Positions 8,049 to 15,973 of a stretch of DNA of 64,000 bases are shown in pieces. Location: positions 1 through 64,000 of the IMG/VR virus record IMGVR_UViG_2832349384_000006; one strand, written 5' to 3'. Within the stretch, counting starts at the first letter, position 1; each line of letters opens with the position of its first letter. The translations under genes and the position numbers were made by a program. The notes beneath the pieces were generated by a model. That model searched no databases. It saw nothing but the letters and a program-made list of their open reading frames with translations, and was not told where the DNA came from. This DNA is from a virus. Its lineage: Duplodnaviria > Caudoviricetes.

Positions 8049-8441
8049 TTACTCTTCGATCGGCTTATACCGCCCCCGAAGGTACTTCTCAACGTACTCA
8101 TCGATTTCTTTTAGCCGGAGCTGGAAGAGATCAATCATGCGTTCTTGTTCTGCTTCTGGAAGCTGGCGGAATAATTCAAGCATTTCTAGTTCTTTGGGCT
8201 TTAGCCCTGTGTCTTCATCTACAACCTCCCCCAGAAGCCATGCGAGGGAAACCCCACCAGCCTCAGCAACGGCAATTGCAGATTTTTTGCTCATAGTTCC
8301 GGTTTTAAACCAGCCCGTAACTGCTTGTTTACTGACATTGGCAACTCGAGCCATTTCCGCTTTGGAAAGCCCTTTATCGTTAAGTTCTGTCAGCCTTGAA
8401 ACGAGGTTTGGTCGTGATTGTTCCGTATTCATAATCAGCAT
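8049..8441 (-). CDS. Prophage repressor (XRE HTH, no S24 peptidase domain; DicA/RacR/Gifsy type)
   Basis: HTH (LSKAEMARVANVSKQAVTGW), only ~130 aa, divergent from a Cro-like gene, between OL and OR. Confidence 0.85.
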   Translation of the reverse strand: MLIMNTEQSRPNLVSRLTELNDKGLSKAEMARVANVSKQAVTGWFKTGTMSKKSAIAVAEAGGVSLAWLLGEVVDEDTGLKPKELEMLELFRQLPEAEQERMIDLFQLRLKEIDEYVEKYLRGRYKPIEE

Positions 8442-8442
8442 T

Positions 8443-8508
8443 GTAAATGTTTGCTTTACTTTAACAAGGCACGCATTGCTTGACTCGTTAGTAAATAATT
8501 GCTTTACT
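8443..8508 (+). promoter_or_regulatory. pR / OR: TTGACT (8480)-N17-TTTACT (8503) with operators at 8443-8459 and 8491-8507
   Basis: GTAAA-N7-TTTAC palindromes matching those at OL. Confidence 0.75.
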
Positions 8509-8535
8509 TAATTTCTCAATGACAGGAGAGAAATT

Positions 8536-8766
8536 ATGACGGCACTTGATAAAGCAATTGAGATTGCGGGTTCTGCAAAGAAGCTCAGCTCAATGCTTGG
8601 CATTTCCAGGATGGCTATCAGTTTGTGGAAAAACGACGGGAAAGGAGTTGTACCCGCCCATCGTGTTCTTTCCATTCATCAAGCAACAGGCGTAACCCCT
8701 CACGAACTGCGCCCTGACCTTTACCCAAACCCGACTGATGGGTTACCCCAGAAAAACGAGGCTTAA
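8536..8766 (+). CDS. Cro-like regulator (YdaS family)
   Basis: HTH plus the GVTPHELRPDLYP motif typical of YdaS/Cro-like proteins. Confidence 0.85.
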   Translation: MTALDKAIEIAGSAKKLSSMLGISRMAISLWKNDGKGVVPAHRVLSIHQATGVTPHELRPDLYPNPTDGLPQKNEA

Positions 8767-8768
8767 CC

Positions 8769-9335
8769 ATGTCGTTAACATTTCAAGATGTTATCAGGGT
8801 AGGTGGACAGCGGCTGAGTTCAGGGAATCAGTCTTCAGTCCGCCGCCGCACAGTAAAACCTGACGCCGTCCGTCAGGCGGTTGAGGAATGGCAGGGCACG
8901 CTGCCAGGCCGGGCACAGGAGACCATCGCCAAGCTGATCACCGATGAATGGTTCCGGCGTGGCGGAAAAGGCCTCCAGCTGGGCGGCATTGAGCGCAACA
9001 ACCGACAGAACATCTTCCGCTGGTTAGATAACCCGAACCGTACGGAGAAATACGCCGGCTACGTCCTGCAGCTGGCGCCGGTGATCGCTGACGTGATGCC
9101 GATCGAGATCGCCAGAAAATACGGATTGAAGCAGGGGAAAACCAAGCTCGAGCTGGTGGCCGACGCCATCAAAGAATGCGCGGACGCCAAACAGGCAGCA
9201 TTACTCGGCGCACCGCTGCGCGAGCTGGAGAAAGAGATCCGCGAGGGTATCGAATCGCTGGTGCGGCTGGCGCCACCGGACAGATGGGTGGCCGTTATGG
9301 CCAGCGCCGCGGCGATGTTTAGCGGCTGCATGTAA
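8769..9335 (+). CDS. CII-like regulator (YdaT family)
   Basis: Position after the YdaS-like gene; NRQNIFRWLD and AIKECADAKQAALLGAP motifs. Confidence 0.7.
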   Translation: MSLTFQDVIRVGGQRLSSGNQSSVRRRTVKPDAVRQAVEEWQGTLPGRAQETIAKLITDEWFRRGGKGLQLGGIERNNRQNIFRWLDNPNRTEKYAGYVLQLAPVIADVMPIEIARKYGLKQGKTKLELVADAIKECADAKQAALLGAPLRELEKEIREGIESLVRLAPPDRWVAVMASAAAMFSGCM

Positions 9336-9353
9336 TAACCGGAGCATAAACCA

Positions 9354-9596
9354 ATGGCCAATTTTTCAAGAACACAGATCGAAACGCAGATCCGCGCCCA
9401 ACTGGTGCGCGAGGGAATTCCCGACGACGTGGCGCGCTCGGCTGCCGGCCGTGGCGCCGATCATTACCTGTCCAGCCCGAACGCGACGATCGCCAGCAGT
9501 ATCGCTATCGCAAAGACGTACGCAAAGCCGCTAAAGCGGGTAAAGGGCAAGCCGGATCGCCTGCATGTACCTGGGCGCCGTATGGGGCATCGCTAA
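9354..9596 (+). CDS. Hypothetical protein
   Basis: Strong SD; 2 nt from the MTase start. Confidence 0.65.
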   Translation: MANFSRTQIETQIRAQLVREGIPDDVARSAAGRGADHYLSSPNATIASSIAIAKTYAKPLKRVKGKPDRLHVPGRRMGHR

Positions 9597-9598
9597 TT

Positions 9599-10552
9599 AT
9601 GCTTTGGGATAAATTCTTCCGCTGCTATGTCGGTGATTGCGTGGATCTCATGCGCGAAATGCCCGAAAAGGCATTCCATACCTGCGTAACAAGCCCGCCA
9701 TATTACGCACTGAGAGACTACGGCGTTGAAGGCCAGATCGGCCTGGAGCCGACGCCGGCGGAGTTTATCCAACGATTGGTTGAAGTCTTCCGTGCAGTGC
9801 GTCGCGTACTCCGTGATGACGGAACGATCTGGATAAATATCGGCGACAGTTACGCGGCGAGATTCAGTGGCAATAACGGATATTCAGACGGAAGAACCAA
9901 TCGGCAAGAGCGGCGCGCGGCAGGAGTGCCAGCAGGGGTTAAGCCGAAAGATATGCTCGGCATGCCGTGGCGTCTCGCCTTCGCGCTTCAGGACGATGGT
10001 TGGTATCTGCGCCAAGACATCGTTTGGCACAAGACTAACCCGATGCCGGAGAGCGTACGTGATCGCTGCACAAAGGCTCACGAGTACGTTTTCTTGCTGA
10101 GTAAGAGGCCAAAGTATTACTTCGACCACGAAGCCATCAAGGAGCCGGTAACGGGGAACTCGCATCCGCGCGGGAAAGGTGTCACGCCTAAAAGCCAAGC
10201 CAACGCATTCGGAAATCGCAACAACGCATCGTTCTCGGCGGCCGTCTCTGGATTGGTAGAGCTCCGTAATCGTCGGACGGTGTGGTCAGTGCCAACGCGA
10301 CCATTCAAAGGCGCCCATTTTGCAACGTTCCCGCCGGCGCTGATTGAGCCGTGCATTTTGGCAGGATGCCCGGCCGGTGGCGCCGTTATAGACCCGTTCG
10401 GTGGTAGTGGCACTACTGCGGGCGTTGCTGCGGCATACGGCCGTAAGGCGGTGCTGTGCGAGCTGAATCCTGAATATGCGGCTTTAGTGCCGAGCAGGGT
10501 TAGCGACATAGCGAACTCAATCACCGAAACACGAAATACCAGGAACAGCTAA
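9599..10552 (+). CDS. Orphan N4-cytosine/N6-adenine DNA methyltransferase (beta class)
   Basis: Motif IV TSPPY N-terminal, motif I DPFGGSGTT C-terminal; no cognate endonuclease adjacent. Confidence 0.9.
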   Translation: MLWDKFFRCYVGDCVDLMREMPEKAFHTCVTSPPYYALRDYGVEGQIGLEPTPAEFIQRLVEVFRAVRRVLRDDGTIWINIGDSYAARFSGNNGYSDGRTNRQERRAAGVPAGVKPKDMLGMPWRLAFALQDDGWYLRQDIVWHKTNPMPESVRDRCTKAHEYVFLLSKRPKYYFDHEAIKEPVTGNSHPRGKGVTPKSQANAFGNRNNASFSAAVSGLVELRNRRTVWSVPTRPFKGAHFATFPPALIEPCILAGCPAGGAVIDPFGGSGTTAGVAAAYGRKAVLCELNPEYAALVPSRVSDIANSITETRNTRNS

Positions 10553-11415
10553 TGGCTCGAATTCGTACAGTTAAGCCTGAATTTTGGACGGATGAGAAGG
10601 TGGTGGAGTGCTCCATTCCAGCCCGATTGCTGTTTATTGGCTTATTTAATTTTGCCAACGACAAGGGCTGCCTTGAGCGTTCGCCACGCCGAATCAAAAT
10701 GCAGGTTTTCCCCGCGGACTCGATGGATTGTGAACCGCTACTCCAAGAGCTTATTACTCATGGATTGCTCACTGAGTACTCAGTGAATGAGGTGCAGTAT
10801 TTGCACATTTCAGGATTTTTAAAGCACCAAAAAATAAACCGGCCGAGCCAGACAAATATCCCTGTGCCGCCTGGTTTCAATGAAAACTCAGTGAGTAATG
10901 GGAATAAATGCGAGAACAATTCACCGAATGGTCATGGAGGACTCAGTGATGACTCAATGAGTAATCACGGAGGATTCACTGACGGAAAGGAAGGGAAGGG
11001 AAAGGATCTAAAAGATAAAACCACTCTCTTAGATCGCGCAGGCGCGAATGATTCCAAAGCTGATGATTCGGCGCCGCCGGCGTTCGAGGATGAAAATTGG
11101 TTGGACGAACCCAACGATAAATTCCCTATGACCGCCGACTGGCAGCCGTCGCCTGATTTCCAGCAGCGGGCTGCACTGTGGAATCGTGCTTTGGACGGGC
11201 CAGCGCCGGGATATACCCCTGGCGAACTGGCGGGCTTCGTTGCGTACTGGCAGCCCGAGGGGCGGCGGTATCACCAGGTGCAGTGGGAGAAAAAATTTGC
11301 CGACAGCGTATTGCACGAGCGTAGGAATGCGCTGACCGGCAAGGAGCGCCACCCCCGCAGGGGACGTTTCGAGCCTTCGGGCGAATACGGCGAAAAACCG
11401 CCGGGATTTAACTGA
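10552..11415 (+). CDS. Phage replication initiator (YdaU-like, C-terminal DnaT-like domain)
   Basis: MARIRTVKPEFW N-terminus; low-complexity central region carrying repeats; followed by DnaC-like gene. Confidence 0.85.
   Translation: MARIRTVKPEFWTDEKVVECSIPARLLFIGLFNFANDKGCLERSPRRIKMQVFPADSMDCEPLLQELITHGLLTEYSVNEVQYLHISGFLKHQKINRPSQTNIPVPPGFNENSVSNGNKCENNSPNGHGGLSDDSMSNHGGFTDGKEGKGKDLKDKTTLLDRAGANDSKADDSAPPAFEDENWLDEPNDKFPMTADWQPSPDFQQRAALWNRALDGPAPGYTPGELAGFVAYWQPEGRRYHQVQWEKKFADSVLHERRNALTGKERHPRRGRFEPSGEYGEKPPGFN
10886..10985. repeat. Probable replication origin iterons (ACTCAGTGAGT-like)
   Basis: ACTCAGTGAGT 10886, ACTCAGTGATG 10941, ACTCAATGAGT 10952, ATTCACTGACG ~10974; perfect palindrome TCACTGAGTACTCAGTGA at 10769-10786. 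Confidence 0.55.
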
Positions 11416-11429
11416 CCAAGAGGTGAACC

Positions 11430-12170
11430 ATGAAAACACCAGAGTCACTGATTAGCAGGCTGCAGCGCATCATGCCGCCGGGCGTTAAGCCGAAGTTCAA
11501 CACCGCTGAAGAGCTGCTTGCCTGGCATCGTACGGAAGGGGAGAAGCGCAGCGCCGAGCTTGAGAAGGCGAACCAACGCGCCCGCGCAGAGCGGATTTTC
11601 GGACGTTCGGGGATCTGCGACTTGCACCGCAACTGCACGTTCGCGAATTACCAAGTGAGCAATGACGGGCAGCGCCACGCCCTGAGCAAGGCCAAAAGCT
11701 ATGCGCAAAATTTCGGCATGGGGTTTGGCTGTTTCGTCTTCAGTGGCGGATGCGGTACCGGAAAAAACCATCTGGCCGCCGCGATCGGTAACCATCTGCT
11801 GGCGAAGAATCACACGGTGCTGGTGGTTACCATCCCCGACCTGATGCTGCGTGTTCGGCGCTGTTACGACGGCGGAGAGTCCGAAGGGGCATTACTCGAC
11901 GACCTGTGTAAGGTCGATCTGCTCGTTCTCGACGAAGTTGGCGTGCAGCGCGAAACACGCGGCGAGTGGGTGATTTTGAATCAGATCATCGATCGCCGGC
12001 TATCGTCGTTAAAGCCGGTGGGAATTTTAACCAACCTGAGTTCGAGGGAGTTAACCGATGTTTTAGGCGCAAGAGTCATGGACAGATTAACGATGGATGG
12101 CGGGATCTGGGTGGACTTCACCTGGGGAAGCTATCGGAAAAATGTAAGCCACCTTCGGGTGATTAAGTGA
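11430..12170 (+). CDS. DnaC/IstB-like helicase loader ATPase
   Basis: Walker A GGCGTGKN, Walker B LLVLDE, TNL and RVMDRL motifs. Confidence 0.92.
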   Translation: MKTPESLISRLQRIMPPGVKPKFNTAEELLAWHRTEGEKRSAELEKANQRARAERIFGRSGICDLHRNCTFANYQVSNDGQRHALSKAKSYAQNFGMGFGCFVFSGGCGTGKNHLAAAIGNHLLAKNHTVLVVTIPDLMLRVRRCYDGGESEGALLDDLCKVDLLVLDEVGVQRETRGEWVILNQIIDRRLSSLKPVGILTNLSSRELTDVLGARVMDRLTMDGGIWVDFTWGSYRKNVSHLRVIK

Positions 12171-12184
12171 TCGGAGCATAACCA

Positions 12185-12571
12185 ATGACCAACAGAGTAA
12201 CCGCAAAGCAGCTCGTGGATATCATCCTCGGCAAAGAAATGAGCACCACTGAAATATGGGAAGCGGTCAAAGCCGCGCACCCGGCAAACACGATGACGCG
12301 GCAGGAGCTGGCACTCAGGCTACGGTCGATGATCAGATCACCAGACGTAAAAATCACAAAGAAGGGCTGCGGGCCGAGGGCGCTCTACAAGCTTACAAGC
12401 GTGTCCGACAAATTTGTTGAGCGCGCCGAGGTGAATTATCGCGCCAATCCCCGTACCGGCACGCCGGATAAAACGCTGTGGCACTTCCACCCCAAAGAGC
12501 TGCAGTTCTGCAACGTCCACAAGATGTTTGATCAGGCGCTGGCCAACCTGCGCGGGAGGACATCGGCATGA
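12185..12571 (+). CDS. Hypothetical, probable winged-helix protein
   Basis: Strong SD; helix pattern; family not assigned. Confidence 0.65.
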   Translation: MTNRVTAKQLVDIILGKEMSTTEIWEAVKAAHPANTMTRQELALRLRSMIRSPDVKITKKGCGPRALYKLTSVSDKFVERAEVNYRANPRTGTPDKTLWHFHPKELQFCNVHKMFDQALANLRGRTSA

Positions 12572-12708
12572 AAGGAATGAGCAAGCCGCGCCTGGTACGC
12601 GGGGTAGAAATCACCACAGAACGCGACATGTGGCAGCAGAGCAAACATTATCGTTTTCGTTCCGGCATGTACTACGGGCGGATCAGATATGCGGAGGTAA
12701 AATCGTGA
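12568..12708 (+). CDS. 46-aa hypothetical protein (MKGMSKPRLVRG...)
   Basis: ATGA/GTGA overlaps with both neighbours; not in the ORF track. Confidence 0.45.
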   Translation: MKGMSKPRLVRGVEITTERDMWQQSKHYRFRSGMYYGRIRYAEVKS

Positions 12709-12941
12709 AAAATAGCATTCAGGACCTGGTCAATCACCAGTTTGCCATGCTTGAAACAATCAACGATCCCGCTCTGACTGGCGAACGCCTGAAAGAGGAA
12801 CTCGATCGTGCTGAGGCTGTTGTCGATTTATCGCAAGCACTGGTTTCCACGTATCGGGTGGTGATCGATGCTCAACGCAATATGAACGGTGGGACGTTGC
12901 ATACTCTCCCTGCTATTTTGGGGGTCACCGATGAGTCGTAA
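12705..12941 (+). CDS. Small helical phage protein (MKNSIQDLVNHQFAMLE...)
   Basis: GTG start with SD GGAGG; of a type I recognise directly upstream of phage HNH genes. Confidence 0.65.
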   Translation: MKNSIQDLVNHQFAMLETINDPALTGERLKEELDRAEAVVDLSQALVSTYRVVIDAQRNMNGGTLHTLPAILGVTDES

Positions 12942-13569
12942 ATTATTCACTGATGAACAGTTACTTTTTCTGAAAAATAACGCTGAAGGAATGACAAGCC
13001 ATGAGCTGACCGCCGCATATAATTTGCAGTTTGGTGAAAATAGGTCGCGCCACACGATTCGTTCAACTCTTTCGCATAACGGGTGGATCGGCAAACTCAG
13101 ACCAGCAGGGGAGTATACTGATGCCCAGCTCAGCTACCTGTATGCAAATCGAGATAAACCCTATACGCAGCTGGTGGAGTCCTTCAATCATCGTTTCGGC
13201 GATAACAGAACTGCCAACGGAATCAAGAACGCTCTGGAGCGGCGCGGATGGCGTTTTAACCATGCAGGCGGAAAAACGCCAAAGAAAAACAAGGCGCAGG
13301 TGATCGTGGTTGCTGGAAAGCACGTCCTCCTCGATGTGTACGTGTGGGAGTGCGTGAATGGGCCAGTCCCGCCGGGATATGGGGTGATCCACCTCGACAA
13401 CGATATGCGCAACAATGTGATCAGCAATTTGGCTGTTGCTCCGCTGATTGTTCGTTCAATGTTTGTGAAAGCCGGCTTTGACAGCGTACCGGCGGCCTTC
13501 TCGCCGGCGCTTTATGCATCGTTGATTCTAAAAACGGCGGTAAAAACCCGGAGACGAAGGGTTTACTGA
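12931..13569 (+). CDS. HNH endonuclease-like protein with two N-terminal helical repeats
   Basis: WECVNGPVPPGYGVIHLDNDMRNNVISNL resembles HNH_3; repeats FTDEQLLFL.../YTDAQLSYL... Confidence 0.7.
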   Translation: MSRKLFTDEQLLFLKNNAEGMTSHELTAAYNLQFGENRSRHTIRSTLSHNGWIGKLRPAGEYTDAQLSYLYANRDKPYTQLVESFNHRFGDNRTANGIKNALERRGWRFNHAGGKTPKKNKAQVIVVAGKHVLLDVYVWECVNGPVPPGYGVIHLDNDMRNNVISNLAVAPLIVRSMFVKAGFDSVPAAFSPALYASLILKTAVKTRRRRVY

Positions 13570-13693
13570 ATATCCTTGTACGCAACCCACTAAAATTTAA
13601 AGAGATTGGTTGATTATCGATCTGTAGCACACAAAAGCCCCGATAGGGGCTTTTCTTTTCTTGCAAACTCAAATTATTCTAACCATAATTACA

Positions 13694-13709
13694 CTGTATA
13701 AATAACCAG
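13694..13709 (+). promoter_or_regulatory. LexA (SOS) box upstream of dinI-like gene
   Basis: CTG-TATAAATAAC-CAG. Confidence 0.88.
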
Positions 13710-13723
13710 TATCACGGAGGCGC

Positions 13724-13960
13724 ATGATGAAAGTTGAATTAGTAATCCAGAAAAACAAAGAGTTACCGGCAGGCGCAGTTGCGGCGATTGAACAGGAGTT
13801 TCAGAAACGACTGCTGAAATCGTACCCCGATTGCCGCGTCGCCGTGCGGCTCGGCGCCCAGGATAATCTGTCGGTGCTCGGGGCTGAAAAAGGCGCAAAA
13901 GAACGAGTAGAGAACATCCTTCAGGAGACCTGGGAAAGCGCGGACGACTGGTTTTATTGA
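13724..13960 (+). CDS. dinI: DinI-like protein
   Basis: DNLSVLG and ILQETWESADDWF signature. Confidence 0.9.
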   Translation: MMKVELVIQKNKELPAGAVAAIEQEFQKRLLKSYPDCRVAVRLGAQDNLSVLGAEKGAKERVENILQETWESADDWFY

Positions 13961-14002
13961 TGGCACTCTTTGCCGACAAATCACACAGCAAAGGAGGTTG
14001 AG

Positions 14003-14242
14003 GTGACCGGATTACAAGACACGCCCCCAGGAGGGTACAAAGTCGTGCGCTGCATGGATGATGCGGTGGTTGCCAGATTCAAAAATTTCCCCGTCTGCGA
14101 GCGGGCGTTGATGTACCGACGGGGCGATCAGCTCTCCTTCATGCCGCTACAGCCAGAAGACATCGTTGGCACGCCAAAGCTGATAACACAAATTTTAGAG
14201 CGGGCCGGCTACCGTAACCTGAATTCTGATAGACTCACTTAA
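14003..14242 (+). CDS. Probable Gifsy-type (GfoA/GftA-like) antirepressor
   Basis: GTG start with AAGGAGG; second gene of a LexA-dinI operon, as in Salmonella Gifsy phages; ALMYRRGD..SFMPLQP..IVGTP motif recognised from memory. Confidence 0.6.
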   Translation: MTGLQDTPPGGYKVVRCMDDAVVARFKNFPVCERALMYRRGDQLSFMPLQPEDIVGTPKLITQILERAGYRNLNSDRLT

Positions 14243-14284
14243 CGGGCCTGAACACCCCGTGCCTGCTGCGCCACAGGAGAGAAC

Positions 14285-14881
14285 ATGGCGCAGTTACAAC
14301 TCATCAAGCAATCACCAGGAATACTGATCCCGGCCACGCCGGAGACCAGCGAATTTCTGCAATCGAAATGCAAGCTCGGCGCCGTGCTGGTGGCCGATTT
14401 CAAACAGGTGCGCAACCCGGCGTTTCACCGTCGTTTTTTCGCGCTTCTCAATCTGGGCTTCGAATACTGGGAGCCTACCGGCGGCGCCATATCGACTAAC
14501 GAGCGCAAGCTGGTTACCGGTTATGCCAGATTCTTGGCCACGTTCGGCGGCAATGAGCCGGCGCTTCTGAATGCGGTTGAGCAGTATCTCGAGCGCATCG
14601 CTGATCGGCGCGCTGGCAGCATCAGCGCTTGCAAATCCTTTGACGCCTATCGCGCGTGGGTGACGGTCGAGGCCGGCCACTATGACGCGATCCAACTCCC
14701 CGACGGCACTCTCCGCAAACACCCCCGCAGCATCGCTTTCGCCAACATGGACGAAACAGAGTTCCATCAGCTGTATCAGGCCGCACTCGATGTTTTATGG
14801 CGCTGGATCCTGCACAAGCCGTTTCGCTCCCATGAGGAGGCCGAAAACGCCGCGGCGCAGCTGATGAATTTTGCGGGGTGA
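14285..14881 (+). CDS. DUF1367 family protein (nin region)
   Basis: RNPAFHRRFFALLNLGFEYWEP and PRSIAFANMDETEF motifs. Confidence 0.85.
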   Translation: MAQLQLIKQSPGILIPATPETSEFLQSKCKLGAVLVADFKQVRNPAFHRRFFALLNLGFEYWEPTGGAISTNERKLVTGYARFLATFGGNEPALLNAVEQYLERIADRRAGSISACKSFDAYRAWVTVEAGHYDAIQLPDGTLRKHPRSIAFANMDETEFHQLYQAALDVLWRWILHKPFRSHEEAENAAAQLMNFAG

Positions 14882-14885
14882 GACG

Positions 14886-15167
14886 ATGAAAATTTACCGC
14901 AGCAAAAAATGGTTGGCGGCCGTCGGGCAAATCGAACAATGCGTGTTGTGTGGAAACTGGGGAACCCAGGTCGCGCACCGGAACGAGGGGAAGGGCATGG
15001 GGCTGAAAACTGACGACTGCGCCACCGCGGCGCTCTGCGTTTGTTGCCACACCGCGATCGATAACGGCAAAGATCTCTCGCGCGAAGAGCGGCGTCAGAT
15101 GATGGACCGCGCGATCGTTTTGACGATTATTCAAATCGCCCGCCGCGGGCTGGTGGTGCCGCAATGA
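14886..15167 (+). CDS. DUF1364/YbcO-like Cys-rich putative nuclease
   Basis: CVLCG...VAHRNEGKGMGLK...LCVCCH. Confidence 0.75.
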   Translation: MKIYRSKKWLAAVGQIEQCVLCGNWGTQVAHRNEGKGMGLKTDDCATAALCVCCHTAIDNGKDLSREERRQMMDRAIVLTIIQIARRGLVVPQ

Positions 15168-15856
15168 TGAACGCACAGCAATTGGAATATATACGGCTGG
15201 AGTTAACCAATGCGCTGCATGATGACTCTGGCAGCACTAAGGGACAACTCCAGGCATTTATCGAGCACCCGCCGGCTGATAAAAATCACTATCCGCGCCA
15301 GCGTATCCACAAGGTCGAACTGGAGGGTGAGCGCTGGGCCGATGCGGAAAATTCCGCCGTTTATGCGCTCGAAACACGCAGCCGCAGGCAACCAATGCCA
15401 CCGATCAACGATCATGTCTTTTCGTCGTGCGCGTGGCGCCGCGCCGTCATGACGCTTGGCGAACATCAAATTGCATGGCTGCGCTACTGCTACGGCTTCG
15501 ATCTGCAGTTCAAATACCAGACCGAAATTTGCCAGCACGTGTGGGAGAGCTACCAGGCGTACAAAGTCGGCAAGCGCCTCCAGTCAAAAATTATTAAGCG
15601 CCTGGTGTCGTTAGTCTGGCTGGCCGTGCAGGAAACGGCGGCAAAAAACAAAAATGAGACGTACAAGGAATACGCCGGCAGCGCACTGGCCAACTTGATG
15701 AGCGTCGACCGTTCAACCTGGTCACGGGTATATGCGCCGCACTGGGCGCGCCTGAAAGAGGTCGCGGAGAAAATGGACGTAGAAGCCCTGCAGCTAGTGT
15801 CGTCAAGTCGCGAAGAGATTATTTATCGGTTGGAATTGCAAAATGCAACAAAATAG
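15164..15856 (+). CDS. Q: Late antiterminator Q (phage 82-type)
   Basis: TKGQLQAF, WRRAV and WLRYCY motifs; position before late promoter and lysis genes. Confidence 0.85.
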   Translation: MMNAQQLEYIRLELTNALHDDSGSTKGQLQAFIEHPPADKNHYPRQRIHKVELEGERWADAENSAVYALETRSRRQPMPPINDHVFSSCAWRRAVMTLGEHQIAWLRYCYGFDLQFKYQTEICQHVWESYQAYKVGKRLQSKIIKRLVSLVWLAVQETAAKNKNETYKEYAGSALANLMSVDRSTWSRVYAPHWARLKEVAEKMDVEALQLVSSSREEIIYRLELQNATK

Positions 15857-15864
15857 GGCATATT
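15836..15864 (+). promoter_or_regulatory. Late promoter pR' (TTGCAA-N17-CATATT)
   Basis: Overlaps the end of Q and is followed by a terminator, as in lambdoid late control regions. Confidence 0.65.
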
Positions 15865-15898
15865 CGACGCTAATTTGATAAATTGCCGAAATTGTGTT

Positions 15899-15922
15899 AA
15901 CCCGCCCGCGCGCGGGTTTTTT
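15899..15922 (+). terminator. tR' terminator
   Basis: AACCCGC-N6-GCGGGTT-TTTT. Confidence 0.8.
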
Positions 15923-15973
15923 ATTTCCCGCTCCAGATGGGCGCCCCGGAAAGTTGCCGCTCTCCGGGGCTGT

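Noticed and set aside
8536-9335. YdaS/YdaT as a toxin-antitoxin pair
   Set aside because: Position and operators show they are the Cro and CII equivalents of the immunity region.
12931-13569. Claim that the HNH protein is catalytically dead
   Set aside because: The H...N...N core (IHLDNDMRNNVISNL) is retained, so inactivity cannot be inferred by eye.
15875-15973. CRNC motif at the start of the long ORF call, suggesting a com-mom fusion
   Set aside because: Only one CxxC, the frame runs through the tR' terminator, and there is no SD; it is late-leader sequence, not Com.
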